Assembly: GCA_964036045.1 (NCBI GenBank)
Contig: OZ038378.1
Coordinates: 181,536,001-181,600,000 of the forward strand
Reading direction: 5' to 3'
DNA: 64,000 nucleotides
DNA from: Eutreptiella sp. 'Long Island Sound 2002'
Lineage: Eukaryota; Protista; Euglenida
Made by a program: the position numbers and the translations under genes. The notes beneath the pieces are model-generated. The model was not told the DNA's origin. It ran no database searches and saw nothing but the letters and a program-made list of their open reading frames with translations. Below, in pieces: positions 60,687 through 64,000 of the stretch; the first letter of the stretch is position 1, and each line of letters begins with the position of its first letter.

Positions 60687-61898
60687 CTGCAGTGGTTGGG
60701 AGCAAGCTGGTGGAACCGTGATCCTGCGTAGCCAGGCCGTGGCCTTTACACACATGTGCGCAGACGCCTGTACAGTATACGCCCCCCCACCCCCCCGTCC
60801 CAGCTACGAAAAATTCCCAAATCAATACGGTCCCTACGCCTACTGTAGCTTAGACAAGCTTGTGCGCAGCACATGGAAATGGCAACTGCTGCGCTGGTGG
60901 AAGCAAAGGGTCAGGATAATGCCCAGGGCGCCCTAACTGACCATTTGTTGGCGTCCTTGGGCAAATAAGAACAACTCCAATGTCCCTCAGCCCACCAACA
61001 TGTCATTTTAACGACAAACCCTTGTTCTATGTGGTTGTGGTCCCAAATTAGTACAGCCCCCACGCCCTCTGTAGCTTGGACAAGACCGTAGCTTGGACAA
61101 AAACCGTCACCCTCCAGAGTCGCTCTGGCATCCACAACAGCACATCATGTCTGAGTGCGGCGGAGCAGCGACACACATTGTCCGTGCTGTCCATCAGAAC
61201 GCCATCAGGCACAGCTTCGAATTGTGCATGCCGTCCAGAAAGGCGCTGTGAAGAGCCCCCACCGATTGCGTTTCAGGTCAGGACCGTGCCTTTAGGCCAC
61301 GTCAGGACTCTGGACTACCCTCCTGCCCTTCCGCCGTCGCGAGTCACTCACATCCGTGCTGCAGTCCGCATCCCACCCCAAGGCGTTCAAACAGTACTCC
61401 TGAGCCCTCGCCCTGGCCCTGTCACTGACATCCGTGGAAAATCCATCGCCGGCGGATGCCTCTGACGACTCCTCTTTTGATGACGTGTCACCTCCAACTC
61501 TGTGGCACCCGAACCCCTGGAGTCATCCCCTGAGGTCAACAACAGAGAGAGGGTACGTTTGCCCGGCGCGCGCTCGGTGCGTGCCCGGCGCGCCTGGCAT
61601 CCAAATGAATGTTCCGGCCATCTATCACAATGCTTTACCCCCAAATGTCACTCCCTCCTCTAGCCTAGGAAGCCCAAGCACAAGCAAATTGTATGACTGT
61701 TGGCGATCAATTCAATTCCCATTTTTTCGCCCAACAAATGGGACGATCACATGCTCCCTACCCTTGTAGGCCCCATCATGGCCACCCAGCTCAAAATCAA
61801 AGAATCTTGTGCGTGACGGACCACTCAAGTGGCCACACCGAAGAGTGGGAAAACTTTGCCCGGCGCGCCCGGCGCGTGCCCGGCGCGCTAACGTACTC

Positions 61899-62300
61899 TC
61901 ACAGTGCAGGATCTTCCACGGGCTCCACTCCCAATGCATCCCACTCTGTCACATGCTGTCTCTTGGACAGTGGTATGCGATTCTTTGGGTGCAGGCCACT
62001 TCCCCGTGACACCAGGGCATCCGCCTCCTCGTTGCCGTGGACGTCCAGGTGCGATGGTACCTGCTGCACCTGCACATGCCCCGCACCCATCTCGCGCAGC
62101 CCCAAAAATCTGCCCCCACGGGCCCCTGTGTCCCACTTGCCCTGTGGAGCACCGCCACCCATGGCGCCGCCACTCTACCGACCACTCCACTATGCCCAAC
62201 ACCATAGCTTGGCCACAGATCGACGATGGTGGTCACCCTCCAGAATCACTCTGGCAATCTCAACAGTACCTCATGTATCAGTGCGGCGGCACGGATTGTC
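61899..62300 (-). pseudogene. RNase HI relic, probably retroelement-derived
   Basis: GIVEWSVEWRRHGW...GHRGPWGQI, then after a frameshift VQVQQVPSHLDVHGNEEADALV. Related fragments at ~43340-43480, ~61080-61160 and ~62500-62540. Confidence 0.8.
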
Positions 62301-62623
62301 TCAGGAGTCCAACAAGGCGCCGTCACGTACTGTCCATATTGTCCTGAGGGCGCCTCTGGCGCCCCCACGAATCAGGTTTCGGGTCAGAAAGGAGCACCCA
62401 GCACCCCTGCCCTCCGCCGCTTTCTCCTGGTGTCACTGACATCCGTCACTCGAGACGACCCAGCCCCACCGTGTGTCGCTGACGTCCGTGCTACACAGAA
62501 GACTGTAACTTGGCCATAGATCGACAATGGTCGTCGCTATGGTCAGGAAGATAACAGTAGCACGGGGTGGGCCCTCATGCTTGAAACAAGGGGGAGGAGG
62601 AGGGGGTAGCAGCACGCGCATAC

Positions 62624-62950
62624 CAGATGGCGAAGCCGTATCTCTGGTGCCCAGGTGCTCATGGGCGTGAGGGCTCTTTGAGTGGCTCTCGCGTCGATGG
62701 GGCTTTTGTGGCGCCGGCTCGTCGCCGTAGTCACTGCCGTTGTCACTGGCGCTGTAGTACCCGTCATCATCACTGCCGTCCCAGACGTCCTTGATCTCCT
62801 GCCAAGTCGCACTGGCGGAGCGGCCGGAGTGCGTTGGGTCCATTTCTTTGCTGCTGTTCTCTATTTGGCGGTGCAGGTTCATCACTGCACCATGGGTGGC
62901 GTGGTGCGCCGCGGCGGACGGCTCGTGCGCGGCTTCTGACACCATCAGGG
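62624..62950 (-). CDS. Gene A exon (first one found in window; enters in phase 1): ...LMVSEAAHEPS...DGSDDDGYYSASD...TASPS
   Basis: Acceptor gggCTAACagacAG with a branch-point-like CTAAC; donor G|gtatgc; phase matches next exon. Confidence 0.75.
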
Positions 62951-63399
62951 CTGTCTGTTAGCCCACAGCGCACAGCAATGACCAATGCCTCATGTTTCAC
63001 ACTGTAATCAAAAGACCAAGACTCACAGAGGGCGCGATATGTAACAAGCCGCGGGACCTAAGCAACCCAATAATTTCTCTGGCAGTACGCGCAGGGCCAG
63101 ATTTTGTGCCCAGAGGAGGTGTCACGAAGTGGGGCGGGCACGCATCGCCCCATGGACGAGTAGAGCATCAATCCACGGGGCTCTGAGGGTGCCTCAGTAG
63201 CACCGCGCGCTGAGGTAGACGTGTCACTTACCGGTGCACAGCATAAGCTTTTCAGGCAGGGACAGGGTGGCCCAAGGGGTTGACATACAACAACAGGTCC
63301 ACTCCACTCCAAGGCCCTCATCGCTATTTCTACCCAACCACAACAATTGGCCATTCATTTGTGATGCTCAGGCCCCTATTGACCGCTTTTGGGCAACAT

Positions 63400-63996
63400 T
63401 CATTGGCACCAGCGTTCTACGCCACCCTCTCTGGCATGCTCAGCGGGCGTTCTACGGCTGTCCTTGACTGGCTCGGTGTAAAATTTCTTGGTCCTGCTCC
63501 ACTTCACCTTGAACTCTTGCACACGCTCTCCACTTTCCACTGGAATGCTTTGGGCAGCACTTTTGGGTGGTGGTTTTGCCTTCTTGGTAGGAGGGTTGGC
63601 AGGCGCAAGCAGATTTTTGGGAACCCATTTCTCTTCGGGAATGTCCCTTGTAAAATACCTCTCTTGCTCTGCCCGGGTCGAGGATGAAGCCTCCGATTGG
63701 GCAGGGCGGGGCAGAGAGGAAACACGTGGCAGTGAGAGGCGCCGAACAGACGCACGGTCATGCAAGACAGTCTTGCCATCACAGTCATAAATGATGCAGC
63801 GATATGCATCACCATGCTCCGAATGTCCAACGACCTGCGCCAAAACGGGTTCCCCTGTGGAGCGGATGAACATCACACTTGTCCTAGGGGGAAACAAAGA
63901 AGCCCTTTGAACGCATCCTATGCTGAATTCTTTTGTTTTATGCTGCAATTTCTGTGCATGCAAATGTGCGTGTACGGTGGTGGTATGGTCCCCCAA
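63400..63996 (-). CDS. 198-aa open frame with a Tudor/SH3-like barrel and a chromodomain-like segment; probably transposon-derived
   Basis: VMFIRSTGEPVLAQVVG...YDCDGKTVLH, and VQEFKVKWSRTKKFYTEPV. Start codon and expression unknown. Confidence 0.45.
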   Translation of the reverse strand: MGDHTTTVHAHLHAQKLQHKTKEFSIGCVQRASLFPPRTSVMFIRSTGEPVLAQVVGHSEHGDAYRCIIYDCDGKTVLHDRASVRRLSLPRVSSLPRPAQSEASSSTRAEQERYFTRDIPEEKWVPKNLLAPANPPTKKAKPPPKSAAQSIPVESGERVQEFKVKWSRTKKFYTEPVKDSRRTPAEHAREGGVERWCQ

Positions 63997-64000
63997 GGGG

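Overview
Eukaryotic, repeat-rich genomic DNA with spliceosomal GT-AG introns and very frequent poly-G/poly-C tracts. The organism cannot be identified from the window; a euglenid-like protist is only a guess. Main contents: (1) An apparently full-length, young ~8.9 kb non-LTR retrotransposon on + (24444-33339), with a perfect 14-bp target-site duplication and a (CTGAAC)3 tail instead of poly(A). ORF1 (RRM-like) and ORF2 (Zn modules-APE-RT-RNase H-CCHC) are in the same frame, separated by a single TGA. (2) A nine-exon, phase-consistent minus-strand host gene (62950 to 45708, >1000 aa, 5' end not found) encoding an orphan coiled-coil protein with 17 M/L-A-x-x tetrads and a C4 zinc ribbon. (3) Scattered exons of probably a second minus-strand gene with beta-propeller-like sequence (about 45 kb to 2.7 kb, incompletely resolved). 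(4) Decayed RT and RNase H relics, Tudor-like/chromo-like/B-box modules in intronic or intergenic DNA, SINE-like and MITE-like repeats, and mini/microsatellites. No rRNA, tRNA or CRISPR array was found. Most ORFs in the supplied track are GC-rich or repeat-derived shadows.
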